Below are positions 17,446-27,843 of a stretch of DNA of 64,000 nt, in pieces. The position numbers and the translations under genes were made by a program. The stretch is from assembly GCA_002344825.1 (NCBI GenBank), contig DDUN01000003.1:1775-65774 (forward strand), read 5' to 3'. The stretch's first letter is position 1, and every line of letters begins with the position of its first letter. The notes beneath the pieces are model-generated. The model searched no databases. It was not told the DNA's origin and saw only the letters and a list, made by a program, of their open reading frames with translations. The stretch comes from Candidatus Multiplicimicrobium inquinatum. Lineage in GTDB: Bacteria > Omnitrophota > Omnitrophia > Omnitrophales > Aquincolibacteriaceae.

Positions 17446-18525
17446 ATGAAAAAAAAATATATTAAAATCTTACACGTTGTTGGCGCTCGGCCTAATTTTA
17501 TGAAGGTGGCCCCTGTGATGAGAGCTGTTTCTAAATACAAGAGATTTAAACAAATCCTTGTTCATACGGGACAACATTACAGTGCAAACATGTCTGATGT
17601 TTTTTTTCAGCAGTTAGATCTCCCCAAACCTGATTACAGCCTAGGAGTGGGATCTGGCACACATACCTTTCAAACGGCGCAAGTTATGATTCGATTTGAA
17701 AAGGTGGTAGACCATGAGAAACCCAGTTTGGTAATCGTTTATGGAGATGTGAATTCAACAGTAGCTGCTGCCCTTGTTTGTGCAAAAAAGGGTATAAAAA
17801 TCGGGCATGTGGAGGCTGGGCTTAGATCTTTTGATAGAGAAATGCCCGAGGAAACTAATAGGATTTTGACAGATCACCTATGTCAGTATCTTTTTACGCC
17901 TTCGCTTGATGGTAATCAAAATTTAATCAAAGAGGGTATTTCAGCAAAGAAAATTTTTTTTGTTGGGAATGTCATGATAGATACGCTTGTTTATCTTGAG
18001 CCCAAACTAGAAAAGCCAAAGATAGAAGGGCTTTCAGAAAAATATGTGCTTGTAACGTTGCATAGGCCTTCAAATGTTGATGATTCTCAAAGACTGAAGT
18101 TTATATTTAAAGAACTTGTGCGTGTAAGTAAATTTTTTCAAATTATTTTCCCTGTTCACCCTCGAACCAAAGAGAGATTAGAAAAAATAAACCCATCACT
18201 TTTGAGAAAAAAACAAATTTTATTTACAGATCCACTTGGGTATGTGGAGTTTTTATCATTAGAGAAAAATGCGGTGGCTGTACTAACTGATTCCGGCGGT
18301 GTTCAAGAAGAAACCACCTATTTAGGAATTCCCTGCTTTACTCTCCGTGATAATACAGAGCGTCCGATCACACTAACAATCGGAACAAATCATTTGTTAG
18401 GAAGCCGCCCCAAAGAATTGTTTTTTCATTTAATGAAACATAAAAAACGTGTCGCTAAAATACCTGCGTTGTGGGACGGGAAAGCTGCGGGGCGAATAGC
18501 AAATGTGCTGAATCAAGTAATTTAA
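17446..18525 (+). CDS. wecB: UDP-N-acetylglucosamine 2-epimerase (non-hydrolysing)
   Basis: KILHVVGARPNFMKVAPV, HTGQHYS and DSGGVQEE motifs; ~360 aa. Confidence 0.85.
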   Translation: MKKKYIKILHVVGARPNFMKVAPVMRAVSKYKRFKQILVHTGQHYSANMSDVFFQQLDLPKPDYSLGVGSGTHTFQTAQVMIRFEKVVDHEKPSLVIVYGDVNSTVAAALVCAKKGIKIGHVEAGLRSFDREMPEETNRILTDHLCQYLFTPSLDGNQNLIKEGISAKKIFFVGNVMIDTLVYLEPKLEKPKIEGLSEKYVLVTLHRPSNVDDSQRLKFIFKELVRVSKFFQIIFPVHPRTKERLEKINPSLLRKKQILFTDPLGYVEFLSLEKNAVAVLTDSGGVQEETTYLGIPCFTLRDNTERPITLTIGTNHLLGSRPKELFFHLMKHKKRVAKIPALWDGKAAGRIANVLNQVI

Positions 18526-18526
18526 A

Positions 18527-19549
18527 ATGATTTATTTTCTTGTTCCTAGAAATCTTTCCAGGGCAGTTGCTGCGTCTCAGATCGTTCCAATGGCTGCGAA
18601 TATTCCCAATCAGGTAAAAACTATAGTTTTTAAATCTAATAAAAATTTTATCCAAACCGAAAACTCTTTGTTGCTGAAACAAAGTTTGGTGGTGATGCTG
18701 ATTTGCAATTTGAAGTCAGGCGATGTTGTTTATACTCGAGAATTTGATGATTTTTTAAAGAGTCTTTTTGTTAAGATTATTTTGAGAAAAAAGATCAAAA
18801 TAATCTATAACTTTAGAGGGTTGGGTAGCGAAGAAAGCTGGGGGAGGCATAGATCGAAAATTAGACGAAGCATTTTGCAGGTAATTGAAGGCTTAATATA
18901 TTATTGTGCTGATGAGGTTGTTGTGGTTTCGAATAATTTTAAAAGATACTTAAAGCATAAATATGGAAGCAGAAAAACGGATGTTATTGAGATGCACTGT
19001 TCAGTTGCGAGAAATTATTTGAAGCAATCATTTTCTCGAGGTTCTTTACGATTTCTTTACTTAGGCGGATTCAGTGTTTGGCAAAAGCCATGTGAAGTAA
19101 TCGAGATTTTTAAAAAATTGAAGAAAAAGTATCATGGCTCAAAGCTTACTATTATTAGTTATAGTCAGCCGGATGCCCGGCTTCAGAACTTAATTGAATC
19201 TAATAACGTCGAGATTATATCTCTTTCGCATGAAAATGTAGTTCAAGTGTTGCCATTATATGATTTTGGATTTATTTTGCGCGACAACATTTTAATGAAT
19301 CAGGTTTCATCACCAATTAAGTTTTCCGAGTATGTGGCCATGGGTGTTGTTCCAATTATCAGTCCTGGAGTTGGCGATTTTTATGAAGTGTCTAAGCGTA
19401 AGGCGCTGGCTGTTTGCACGAATGACCACTTTGATTTTAGTTTAGATGATTTTGAAAAAATTCTCAATGATGAGAAAATTCATGAAAGACTGTATGAGTT
19501 TTCAAAGGATTTTCTTTGGAAGAATTCCTTGAGAAAATTTCCAGTCTGA
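18527..19549 (+). CDS. Divergent GT-B fold glycosyltransferase (GT4-like)
   Basis: LYLGGFSVWQKP… and the C-terminal SPIKFSEYVAMGVVPIISPGVGD resemble the GT4 E-x7-E region. Weak overall. Confidence 0.4.
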   Translation: MIYFLVPRNLSRAVAASQIVPMAANIPNQVKTIVFKSNKNFIQTENSLLLKQSLVVMLICNLKSGDVVYTREFDDFLKSLFVKIILRKKIKIIYNFRGLGSEESWGRHRSKIRRSILQVIEGLIYYCADEVVVVSNNFKRYLKHKYGSRKTDVIEMHCSVARNYLKQSFSRGSLRFLYLGGFSVWQKPCEVIEIFKKLKKKYHGSKLTIISYSQPDARLQNLIESNNVEIISLSHENVVQVLPLYDFGFILRDNILMNQVSSPIKFSEYVAMGVVPIISPGVGDFYEVSKRKALAVCTNDHFDFSLDDFEKILNDEKIHERLYEFSKDFLWKNSLRKFPV

Positions 19550-19587
19550 TGAGTTGATTTTTAATCGAGATGGTTGGAGATATTTGA

Positions 19588-20361
19588 ATGAGACCTAAGT
19601 TAGAAGTGTTAGTTTCATGCATGTATCAAATCGATATGTCAATTGTAGAGAGAGCGAATATTTCATCAAGTGCTGTTGTTGTTAATCAATGTGATAGAGA
19701 CTTGTATGAAGAGATTGCTGTGGGCGAAAATAGAATTAGAATGTTCTCATGTTTGGATAGAGGTTTATCGAAAAGTAGAAATAAAGCGTTAAAAGAGTCC
19801 GCGGCTGACATTTGTTTGTTGTGCGATGATGATGAACATCTTGAAGATGATTATGTTTCAAAAATACAAGAAGCATATGAGAAATATCCTGATGCGGATA
19901 TTATCGCATTTAGGCTTGAGCGATCGTCTCGTTCTTATTGGACTGTCCCTAGAAGAATTAACTATCTCAACTCTTTGAAAATCTCTTCGTGTCAAATCAG
20001 CTTTAAACGAAATAGCATTATCGGACGCGGCATTTTTTTTGATGAGACATTTGGCGCTGGAACAAGGTACAGTTTTGGCGAAGAAAATATTTTTTTGTAT
20101 GAATGTTTAAAAAAGGGGCTCAAAGTATATTATCTTCCAATAAAAATAGCTTTTGTTGCTGATGAAAAATCAACATGGTTTAATGGGTTTACAACGCAAT
20201 ATTTTTTTAACCGGGGTGTAATTACTCGAAGGTATATGGGGAGATTTTTTGCAATTCTATACGCTATTTATTTTGCTGTTTTTAAGTACTCCATTTATAA
20301 ATCAGCGACTCCCTTTCGAACAGCTTTGGGAAAGATGATCGAAGGTGTTTGGAGAGATTAG
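19588..20361 (+). CDS. Glycosyltransferase family 2-like
   Basis: RGLSKSRNKALKESAADICLLCDDDEHLED matches the GT2 substrate-binding/DxD region. Confidence 0.55.
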   Translation: MRPKLEVLVSCMYQIDMSIVERANISSSAVVVNQCDRDLYEEIAVGENRIRMFSCLDRGLSKSRNKALKESAADICLLCDDDEHLEDDYVSKIQEAYEKYPDADIIAFRLERSSRSYWTVPRRINYLNSLKISSCQISFKRNSIIGRGIFFDETFGAGTRYSFGEENIFLYECLKKGLKVYYLPIKIAFVADEKSTWFNGFTTQYFFNRGVITRRYMGRFFAILYAIYFAVFKYSIYKSATPFRTALGKMIEGVWRD

Positions 20362-20519
20362 ACTTGACCGCCAAACATCAAAAGATTTGGAAGTGAGGGA
20401 GACTTTTTTGTGGAGCGGCATTACACTTTGGTTTGCAAAAACGCAGATTTTTTTTAAGTAAAGCATAGTCTGTTTTTTCGAAGAAAATAAGACAAGTTCT
20501 TTTTTGTAAGGAGCTCAAT

Positions 20520-21701
20520 GTGAAGCATAAAACAACAAGAATGTGTGAATTCCTATGGCCGCTATACTTTATGGGATTTGCTTTGTTGCGTCCAGTAGTT
20601 AAACATTATGAAGAGCATAGCACCTTGATTTTAGTGGGTTTTGCATCATTAATCTCAGTTATATTTTTCTTTAATTATTTATGGACGCGCCAATTTAAGT
20701 GGGGTAGCGTCATCAATTTTATTTTAATCGTTACAAGTTTATTTTCTGTCGACATGTTGCTTCGCGGTAATTCTTTTTCCAACAGATATTTTTATGAATT
20801 TTTATATGGCCCCTTAGTTTCTGTTTTTCTTCTATCGCAGGTGCGGGACACAAAGCATTTATTGTTTGTTTACTCTTTTTTTTCGTTGCTGTTATTTGTG
20901 CTTTTTTGTGCGGATCCTTTTCGTGGATATGCTGTTTTTGGAGACTATATGGGGTGGGGGTTTAGTGTTGCCACGCCGGCTTTTATGGGGTTGTATCTTG
21001 GAGCGCGTTTTTTAAAAATGAGATGGATGTTTATTTTTGCGGGGGTATGTTTTTTTGAAACGCTTGTTTATGCAAACCGAGGTGCTTTTTTAAGTATTGT
21101 TTTTTTTCTTCTTCTGATGGAGCTTTTTTTAAATGTTTGGAATTTCAATAAAATGATCAAGTATCTGATTTTTTCGGTTTTTGTATTGTTTTTGGCCGGA
21201 AATATAGAGTCGATTTTTTTATCTGGGTACGATTTTGTGAAAAATCTAGGATACAAAAGCTATGCTTTAGAGAAGTTTTTTGATTTTTTGTTTGGGCAGG
21301 GCGATTCTCGGTTTATGTCCGATCGTGATGTGATATGGAGGGCCGCAATTGAAATGATTGATGAAAAACTTTTCTGGGGGCATGGAATGGGGGCTTTTCA
21401 AGAAAGGTTTGATGCTTACTCCCACAATATTTTTCTTGATTTTGCAATTTTTTATGGGGTTGTAGGAGCTCTGATATTTCTTTTGATTATTTTTTTTGCT
21501 TTGATTAAAGCGTTGGCTTTTAAAGAAGCTAATAAGCTTCTTGCTTTTTTATTTCTGTGCTTATGGTTTCCCAAACTTTTTTTTAGCCTTGTCTTTGTTG
21601 CAGACACTGCTTTTTGGTGTTTTCTATCTTTTGGGTTTATGGCCAAAAACTTATTGCTATATAGAAAGAAATTGCCTAGCAACCAGGGAGCTCAAGTGTG
21701 A
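20520..21701 (+). CDS. O-antigen ligase/polymerase-family polytopic membrane protein (Wzy_C-like)
   Basis: About 10 TM segments and a large loop containing WGHGMGAF (O-antigen ligase family motif). Confidence 0.55.
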   Translation: MKHKTTRMCEFLWPLYFMGFALLRPVVKHYEEHSTLILVGFASLISVIFFFNYLWTRQFKWGSVINFILIVTSLFSVDMLLRGNSFSNRYFYEFLYGPLVSVFLLSQVRDTKHLLFVYSFFSLLLFVLFCADPFRGYAVFGDYMGWGFSVATPAFMGLYLGARFLKMRWMFIFAGVCFFETLVYANRGAFLSIVFFLLLMELFLNVWNFNKMIKYLIFSVFVLFLAGNIESIFLSGYDFVKNLGYKSYALEKFFDFLFGQGDSRFMSDRDVIWRAAIEMIDEKLFWGHGMGAFQERFDAYSHNIFLDFAIFYGVVGALIFLLIIFFALIKALAFKEANKLLAFLFLCLWFPKLFFSLVFVADTAFWCFLSFGFMAKNLLLYRKKLPSNQGAQV

Positions 21702-22426
21702 GTGTTCGGGATATGGCAAGCAAGCTTGATCACTCGCTTTCATACAAAAAGGTAAGTTTCAAAAACGCAGGGCATTTTTGCAGAAAAAAATCAATTTTAA
21801 ACCTAATCCATTCATTTAACTTGAACCCAGAGGGCACCTATTTTGATGTGGGTTGTAGCAATGGATATTTGACCCGTCTAATCACGGATGAGATTGGATT
21901 TAAAAAAGTTGTGGGATTGGATCACGCGGAAAGCCATTTAGAGAGGGCTCGGCTAGAAAACCCAGCAATAATTTTTGATTTTATTGATTTAAATTTAGTG
22001 CCACGGAGTGGGTGCCGTGAGGGTAGTGCTGATTTTGTAACCTGCTTTGAATGTTTGGAGCACGTGGGGAGTGTTAATAATGCAATTAAAAATATAGTTT
22101 CACTTTCAAAAGAGAAATCAGTAATTTTCGTTTCGGTTCCCATAGAGATTGGTTTTTGGGGAGTAATTAAGTTTCTTTGTAAGACAATTATTTTTCAGTA
22201 TCGGTTGGATGAGTTGGCAGGTAAGCCCAGATGGAGTGAATATTTTTTTGATTTGATTAAGGGTGCCCGAATTTCAAAATATCGCGAGCTGCGTCAAGGG
22301 TGGAGTACGCATTTTGGGTTTGACTATCGCGAGGTAGATGAAGAGTTTTTAAAATTGGGACTCAAATTTAAAGCGTTTAACTCATTTACGACACGATTTT
22401 ATGTGATTAAGAGGGGGCAGGGTTGA
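21698..22426 (+). CDS. Class I SAM-dependent methyltransferase
   Basis: Motif I YFDVGCSNGYLT and motif II VTCFECLEHV. Confidence 0.7.
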   Translation: MSVRDMASKLDHSLSYKKVSFKNAGHFCRKKSILNLIHSFNLNPEGTYFDVGCSNGYLTRLITDEIGFKKVVGLDHAESHLERARLENPAIIFDFIDLNLVPRSGCREGSADFVTCFECLEHVGSVNNAIKNIVSLSKEKSVIFVSVPIEIGFWGVIKFLCKTIIFQYRLDELAGKPRWSEYFFDLIKGARISKYRELRQGWSTHFGFDYREVDEEFLKLGLKFKAFNSFTTRFYVIKRGQG

Positions 22427-23457
22427 AGGTTTCCATTATTATTCCGACTTATCAAGAGATGAAGTGGATTGAAAAATGCCTGTTGAGTCTTTTGAAAAAT
22501 AACTTGAATGTGGGTGAAGCAGAAATTCTTATTGTTGATGGCATAAGTACGGATGGAACCCGAAATATTGTAAGTCAATATATTGCTAAGTACCCCGGCC
22601 TTATCCGTATGATTGACAACTCTCGGTCATTTCAAGTCTTTGGGCTCAATGAGGCTATAAGAGAAGCAAAAGGGGAAATTATTATTCGGTGTGATGCCCA
22701 CAGTCAGTATCCCGATGGCTACGTCGAAACTCTTTTTGGGTGGCATGAAAAAAATGTTGCGGATAATATCGGAGGGTGCTGGGATACTCTTCCAGGGGCG
22801 GGCACAGCCAAAGCAAAAGGGATTGCTATTGCGATGACATCTCCGGCGGGTGTGGGTTTTTCGTATCGAACAGCGCATGGCACTAATCCGCGCTATGTAG
22901 ATACTGTGCCGTTTGGTAGCTGGAAAAGAAGCTTGTTTGATGAAGTGGGTTTTTTTGATGAGCGGTTTATTCGGGCTCAAGATTTAGAGCATAATGTTCG
23001 CATGAAAAAAATGGGCAAGAAGATAATGCTTTTGCCCTGGTTAAAAATTAAATACCACGCACGTGATAGTTGGCGAAAAATTTTTGAAATGTTTTTTCAG
23101 TATGGGTATTGGAAGAATAAAATTAACAAAAAGCATAAAATTCTTACAACATGGCGACAAATTGTCCCCCCGCTTTTTCTTTTAGGGGCGATATTTTTAC
23201 TTTTGGGAAGTATTTCATTTTTATATCTTCGTGAATTGGCGGTGATTTGTTTTTTAAGCTACTTCTTAATCTTGTTCGCGGTATCTGTTAGCTTGGTTCG
23301 TAAGCAAGCCCAGCCAGCTGAGCTGTCCTTTTATGTTGCGACTTCTTTTGTGGTGATTCATCTTGCTTATGCGCTAGGGTACTGCAAAGGTCTTTGGGAT
23401 TATTTTATTTTAAATCGAGACGATGAGCCAAATCATGTTAAAAACTTAACCAGGTGA
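22423..23457 (+). CDS. Glycosyltransferase family 2 with C-terminal TM helices
   Basis: KVSIIIPTYQE, ILIVDGISTDGT and RCDAHSQYP motifs; two or three C-terminal TM segments. Confidence 0.75.
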   Translation: MKVSIIIPTYQEMKWIEKCLLSLLKNNLNVGEAEILIVDGISTDGTRNIVSQYIAKYPGLIRMIDNSRSFQVFGLNEAIREAKGEIIIRCDAHSQYPDGYVETLFGWHEKNVADNIGGCWDTLPGAGTAKAKGIAIAMTSPAGVGFSYRTAHGTNPRYVDTVPFGSWKRSLFDEVGFFDERFIRAQDLEHNVRMKKMGKKIMLLPWLKIKYHARDSWRKIFEMFFQYGYWKNKINKKHKILTTWRQIVPPLFLLGAIFLLLGSISFLYLRELAVICFLSYFLILFAVSVSLVRKQAQPAELSFYVATSFVVIHLAYALGYCKGLWDYFILNRDDEPNHVKNLTR

Positions 23458-23783
23458 GGTTGATGTTTTAACGATGGTTGCGGATACTCCTCTGATTCAA
23501 TAATGGATGCCATGACTCGATCTGGAGCAATGCCATTTGTGATTATTGGACATTGAGATAGGAAACAGTATGCACGTGATCTTAAAAAGCAATTTTTGAT
23601 CAGTTTCGCTCCAATTGTGCCGTATATATTCATGGTCACAGCGCGGGCGGTACGAGTTCCGTTTTGATAGAGGAGATTGCATTTGAAAGAAGAATTTTTG
23701 CATATGCCGTTGCTTATAACCAAATTACTACCGAATATCGCGTAGCAGCTTGAAACTAAATTATGGCAAAAAGTATTTTTGGA

Positions 23784-23850
23784 ATGATATCGACCGTAGT
23801 TTCTTTTTTAATATAAGCTCTCGGTTTTAATGGCCAGAAGGATGGGTTGG
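23784..23850 (+). pseudogene. Remnant of a GT2 glycosyltransferase 5' end, paralogous to the start of the gene at 26761
   Basis: atgatatcgaccgtagtttcttttttaatataa is ~90% identical to atgatatcgatcgtagttcctttttttaatataa at 26761-26793 (MISIVVPFFNI…). A one-T difference in the T-run shifts the frame, so the remnant reads MISTVVSFLI followed by a stop. Confidence 0.55.
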
Positions 23851-23854
23851 GTAA

Positions 23855-25126
23855 ATGAAATTGACAACTTCTTTTCTCTTATTGTCAGTTTGGATGATGT
23901 ATGTGGGGGCCGCTCGAAAATGGTTTTTGCCGAATTTTCCTGATCAGTTGTTTGTTTCCCTTATTTTTTTTGCTGTCTTGTTGTATGTCTCAATTGGGTT
24001 TAAAATTTTTTTAAAATCTCCTTGTCCGCGTTGGTTCTACTTCTATTTTTTGGCTATCTTTTTCTGGGGAGTTATAGGAACTATTTATTCCAAGGTATCC
24101 AACCCTATGGTTTTACTTTGCGGGCTCAGCAACTACTTTTCGTTTTTTCCGCTTTGTCTTGCTGCTGCCTTCGTATTCCGCGATAATGATCAGCTCATAG
24201 AGTTTTTTAAAAAGATGGCTTATTTTACCGTGCCTGTTTTGATTTTGGGTTTTTTGCAGTACAGTAGTCCGGCAGATAGTTTGATTAATAAATATGTTGA
24301 TAGTGAAAAGTTTGTTGCCACGATGGGTGGGCAATATGCCAGGGTAACAGGCACTTTCTCGTATATTGCGGGCTATTCAATTTTTTTAACGTTTGCTTTT
24401 ACGATAACTCTCGGTGCTGTCGTAATGAGAGCTAATTTGAAGGAGGTTGTTTTATTGGGCGGCTTTTTAGTAGGAGTTTTTTTGAACGCGCTTATGACTG
24501 GGTCTAGAACGGCAGTCTGGTGGTGTATTATTAATTTGTCTTTATTTTTAGGGGTCTATTGTTTTTTGAAACTAAAATCTCTTATACCAACCTTGTTTAA
24601 GCTTAGTCTGGTGTTTGCGCTTGGATTTTATTTGCTCTCTCAAAATCCTCAAGTGAATCAAATTTATAGCGCATTTTCAAGCCGAGCGCACGCATTCAGT
24701 GAAGAAATAACAAACAGACTTGACGACAACTTTACGCCGTTTAAATTCTTAAACCAAGCGGGTCTTATTGGCTATGGAATGGGGACGACTTATCCGCCAT
24801 CTTATAGATATATTAAGAATTGGCATGACATGACTCAAGATTTTGAAGAAGAGCCTGAGAGGGTTCTGTTGGAGCTCGGGCTCGTTGGTTATCTGCTCGT
24901 GTATTCGTGGCGATTTCTGATTTTTATTTACTGCTTGTCCATTTGTTTTAAGTTAAGGAGATTTCGGGAGTTTGGGTTGGTATTAAGTCTTACTATTTAT
25001 CAGGTCTCTTTTTTGCAGATGAATCATTTGCTTTTTAATGCTACTTCTTCTTTTTTATACTGGTTTGCGATAGGGTGTGTTGTGTTGATTCGTCATAACC
25101 GTTTGAAAGCAGAATTTAATAAATGA
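23855..25126 (+). CDS. Polytopic membrane protein, oligosaccharide repeat-unit polymerase (Wzy)-like
   Basis: More than 10 TM helices and no soluble catalytic domain; located inside a glycosyltransferase block. No specific motif, so the family assignment is tentative. Confidence 0.4.
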   Translation: MKLTTSFLLLSVWMMYVGAARKWFLPNFPDQLFVSLIFFAVLLYVSIGFKIFLKSPCPRWFYFYFLAIFFWGVIGTIYSKVSNPMVLLCGLSNYFSFFPLCLAAAFVFRDNDQLIEFFKKMAYFTVPVLILGFLQYSSPADSLINKYVDSEKFVATMGGQYARVTGTFSYIAGYSIFLTFAFTITLGAVVMRANLKEVVLLGGFLVGVFLNALMTGSRTAVWWCIINLSLFLGVYCFLKLKSLIPTLFKLSLVFALGFYLLSQNPQVNQIYSAFSSRAHAFSEEITNRLDDNFTPFKFLNQAGLIGYGMGTTYPPSYRYIKNWHDMTQDFEEEPERVLLELGLVGYLLVYSWRFLIFIYCLSICFKLRRFREFGLVLSLTIYQVSFLQMNHLLFNATSSFLYWFAIGCVVLIRHNRLKAEFNK

Positions 25127-26364
25127 AAAAAAATCTAAGAGTAGCTGTTTGCCACCCTTTAAAGCAGCATTCGCATCAGTTGGCATTTGGGCTGGCAAAA
25201 AGCGGCATTTTGAGTGTCTATATTTCGGGTTCACCCGTTTTAAAAAAGCATCAACAGTGGGTGTCATTTTTTTTGGGTGGAAAATCTCTTCGCACCATTA
25301 ATGGTTTTCCCGAAGAACATGTTTGGTGGGTTCCTGCCGGGGTTATTTTTTATTTTCTTGCCGGTAAAATCAGTAACAAAACAATCAAATCATTTTTTAC
25401 TTTTGCAGGCAATTGGTTTTCAGACTTTATTTATTCCCTCGTTATTCCATGGAATGAAATTGATATGGTTGTCGGCTATGAGGAAGCGTGTAGGAGTGTT
25501 TTTTTGCGGGCAAAAAAAATGGGAAAAATTACTGTGTTAGATGCTGCAAGTTTGCACTACCAAGCGCAGGATAAATATTTTACAGGCTATGCGGAGCCTG
25601 ATTTTTTACATACGATTAAGAATAAAATAAAAAAGATGGAGCTAAGCTTAACCGATCACGTTATTACTCTAACGACGCTTGCTCAAGAAGGCTATGTTGA
25701 ATCGGGCGTGCCATTTGAAAAAACATCAGTATTGCATCTTGGTGTTGATATTGAAATATTCAAACCTAAAATGCATGCTGCTAATTTTTGGTCTGAAAAA
25801 AAGACATTTGATTTTGTTTTTTGCGGCAATTTTTTTGTGAGAAAAGGTTTGGATATTCTTATTGAAAGCTTTCGAATCGTTTCCGAAGAACATCCCGAGG
25901 CGTATTTATCGGTTATTGGTGATTGCGGGGAGCTGTCAGAAGCTCTTGCTAATGGAAAGAATATCAAAATTTTAGGGAAAAAAAGCCAAAAAGAAATAGC
26001 GGCAATTTATCAAGATACGGATTGTTTTGTGCTTCCATCGCGGCATGACTCCTGTTCAATGGCAGTTTTGGAAGCTATGGCTTGTGGATTGCCTGTGATT
26101 CTTTCAGATCAGAATGGGGCAAAGGATTTTGTTGTGGATTCAAAAAATGGCTGGGTTGTTAAAGTAGCCGATGTAGATGAACTTGCGAATAGAATGCTTT
26201 GCTGTATAAAAGACAAAGGCAAGCTGCATGAAATGAGACCGCTTTGCAGGGAGACAGCAGAGAGCCACACATGGGAAAGATATTATGCGGACGCTACTAA
26301 TTTGATTTGTAGAGTTTCAAGCTTATTAGAGGTGAGAGAAAATGATAATAAAAAAAGTGCGTGA
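25123..26364 (+). CDS. Glycosyltransferase family 4 (GT-B)
   Basis: C-terminal …CFVLPSRHDSCSMAVLEAMACGLPVILSDQNGAKDFV…. Confidence 0.8.
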   Translation: MKKNLRVAVCHPLKQHSHQLAFGLAKSGILSVYISGSPVLKKHQQWVSFFLGGKSLRTINGFPEEHVWWVPAGVIFYFLAGKISNKTIKSFFTFAGNWFSDFIYSLVIPWNEIDMVVGYEEACRSVFLRAKKMGKITVLDAASLHYQAQDKYFTGYAEPDFLHTIKNKIKKMELSLTDHVITLTTLAQEGYVESGVPFEKTSVLHLGVDIEIFKPKMHAANFWSEKKTFDFVFCGNFFVRKGLDILIESFRIVSEEHPEAYLSVIGDCGELSEALANGKNIKILGKKSQKEIAAIYQDTDCFVLPSRHDSCSMAVLEAMACGLPVILSDQNGAKDFVVDSKNGWVVKVADVDELANRMLCCIKDKGKLHEMRPLCRETAESHTWERYYADATNLICRVSSLLEVRENDNKKSA

Positions 26365-26590
26365 GTTTATTTTAAAAAAAGTGGAAGCGCAAGGCGTTCA
26401 AGATATACCAGATGACGCCAAGTTGATTGAGTTGGGAATATTGGATTCATTTCTAGTTGTTGAGTTGATGACTTACATCGAAGAACAGTTTCGCATCAAG
26501 ATTGATGTTTCAGATTTGACAGAAGAAAATGTTGCTACTTTGAGACACATAGAAAAATTTGTTTTGGAAAAAATCAAGAGCGTGGAATAG
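26342..26590 (+). CDS. Acyl carrier protein-like (phosphopantetheine attachment)
   Basis: 82 aa; LGILDSFLVVELMTYIEEQF contains the conserved Asp-Ser attachment motif in helix II context. Confidence 0.65.
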   Translation: MIIKKVREFILKKVEAQGVQDIPDDAKLIELGILDSFLVVELMTYIEEQFRIKIDVSDLTEENVATLRHIEKFVLEKIKSVE

Positions 26591-26760
26591 GGTGATTGAT
26601 TTGAGGGGGCACCGGGGCATTGGGCTAGGTTGTCTTCGGCAGAGTTTCAAAGCTAGAAATCAGAACAATGACAGATCTTTTCTGGTCGATCTGCACCAAA
26701 AGATGGTTTTTTCTGTTGGCGTCCTTAAAGGGCAAAAGAATATATCGAGGGCATTTTGAG

Positions 26761-27843
26761 ATGATATCGATCGTAGTTCCTTTTTTTAATATAAACGAAC
26801 GATTTGAATTATTAGAAGGCTGCATAGAATCTATTTTGCTTCAAACTTCTAAAGACTATGAAATTGTTCTCATTGATGATGGAAGCACTGACGGTACAAG
26901 TCAAAGAGTTAGGGGTGGGCTCTGCATTGATTTAAAAAAAAAACAAGTGCCTTTTATCTATAAAAGAATTGAGTGTAATCATGGAGTTTGTACGGCCAGA
27001 AACGCAGGTGTTGAGTTCGCGCGCGGCGAGATAGTCGCATTTTTAGATTACGATGATCTTTTGTTAAGTGAGTATGTTAAAAATATTACGGAATATTTCA
27101 AGAGGCCCAATAGTAAAGTATGGGCGGTTTGTTCCGCTTTTTACTATTCTAATTTTTATGGGTATGAAAAATTGAGTGGAGCGGTTTGTGAAGTTAATTT
27201 GGATGACTTCACGGAGACGCAGTTAATAAGTTTTTTGATCGTAAACAATTTCCCATTCCCAATGGGAAGCGGAATAGCAATCAGAAGGCAGTATATGTTG
27301 GAAAACAAGGTGTTTTTTTCTGAAAAATTGAATCGAGAAACTGCAGAAGATGTCGAGTTTGGCTTCCGCTTATTGAGTAGGAATGAAATGCCGCATTTTT
27401 TTTACAAAGAATTGATTGTTTGCCGATCTTATTATTCCTTCTTATCAAGACGTCGTGGGGATCTGATAAGGACAGATCAAATGGAGCTATGTAAATATAT
27501 GTATAAGCAGTCAGTAAGGAAGTTGGCTAAGCGAGCAGAGGCTAAGATGTCTCTTGAAGAACGGGTTCTCTTCCGAAGAAAGAGATGGGAGGCCATGAAG
27601 TACTTTCGCGTGCAGAGCTTGATTTTGAGAAGAAAATATAGTCAATGGTTTAAAATATCGCCTAATTTAAGAGTAGTAAAATTAGTGTTACGCATGTTTT
27701 TTATTTTTTTAGCGAAACATAGTTTTCTGGATGTGTTGGCGATGTGGAGTTTTTTGAAAACTAAAAACGATGACTCTGCATTGTCGCGTGTAAAAGAGCA
27801 GCTCCCAGGGATCGTTTTACGGTACAGAAAAGCTCTGCATTAA
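26761..27843 (+). CDS. Glycosyltransferase family 2
   Basis: MISIVVPFFN…IVLIDDGSTDGT…ARNAGVEFARGEIVAFLDYDD. The start is taken at the internal ATG (the longest ORF begins at 26668). Confidence 0.75.
   Translation: MISIVVPFFNINERFELLEGCIESILLQTSKDYEIVLIDDGSTDGTSQRVRGGLCIDLKKKQVPFIYKRIECNHGVCTARNAGVEFARGEIVAFLDYDDLLLSEYVKNITEYFKRPNSKVWAVCSAFYYSNFYGYEKLSGAVCEVNLDDFTETQLISFLIVNNFPFPMGSGIAIRRQYMLENKVFFSEKLNRETAEDVEFGFRLLSRNEMPHFFYKELIVCRSYYSFLSRRRGDLIRTDQMELCKYMYKQSVRKLAKRAEAKMSLEERVLFRRKRWEAMKYFRVQSLILRRKYSQWFKISPNLRVVKLVLRMFFIFLAKHSFLDVLAMWSFLKTKNDDSALSRVKEQLPGIVLRYRKALH

Noticed and set aside
23433-23723. Minus-strand ORFs 23433-23723 and 23497-23703 in the gap after the GT2 gene
   Set aside because: They have no start context and overlap the GT2 3' end, and the translation has only weak hexapeptide-like character. 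They may be a further decayed acyltransferase remnant, but the evidence is too thin to call.
26559-26825. ORFs 26559-26759 (plus) and 26625-26825 (minus) between the ACP and GT2 genes
   Set aside because: They are short and overlapping and have no motifs. The GT2 gene has a good internal ATG at 26761, which leaves this region as a ~170-bp intergenic space.
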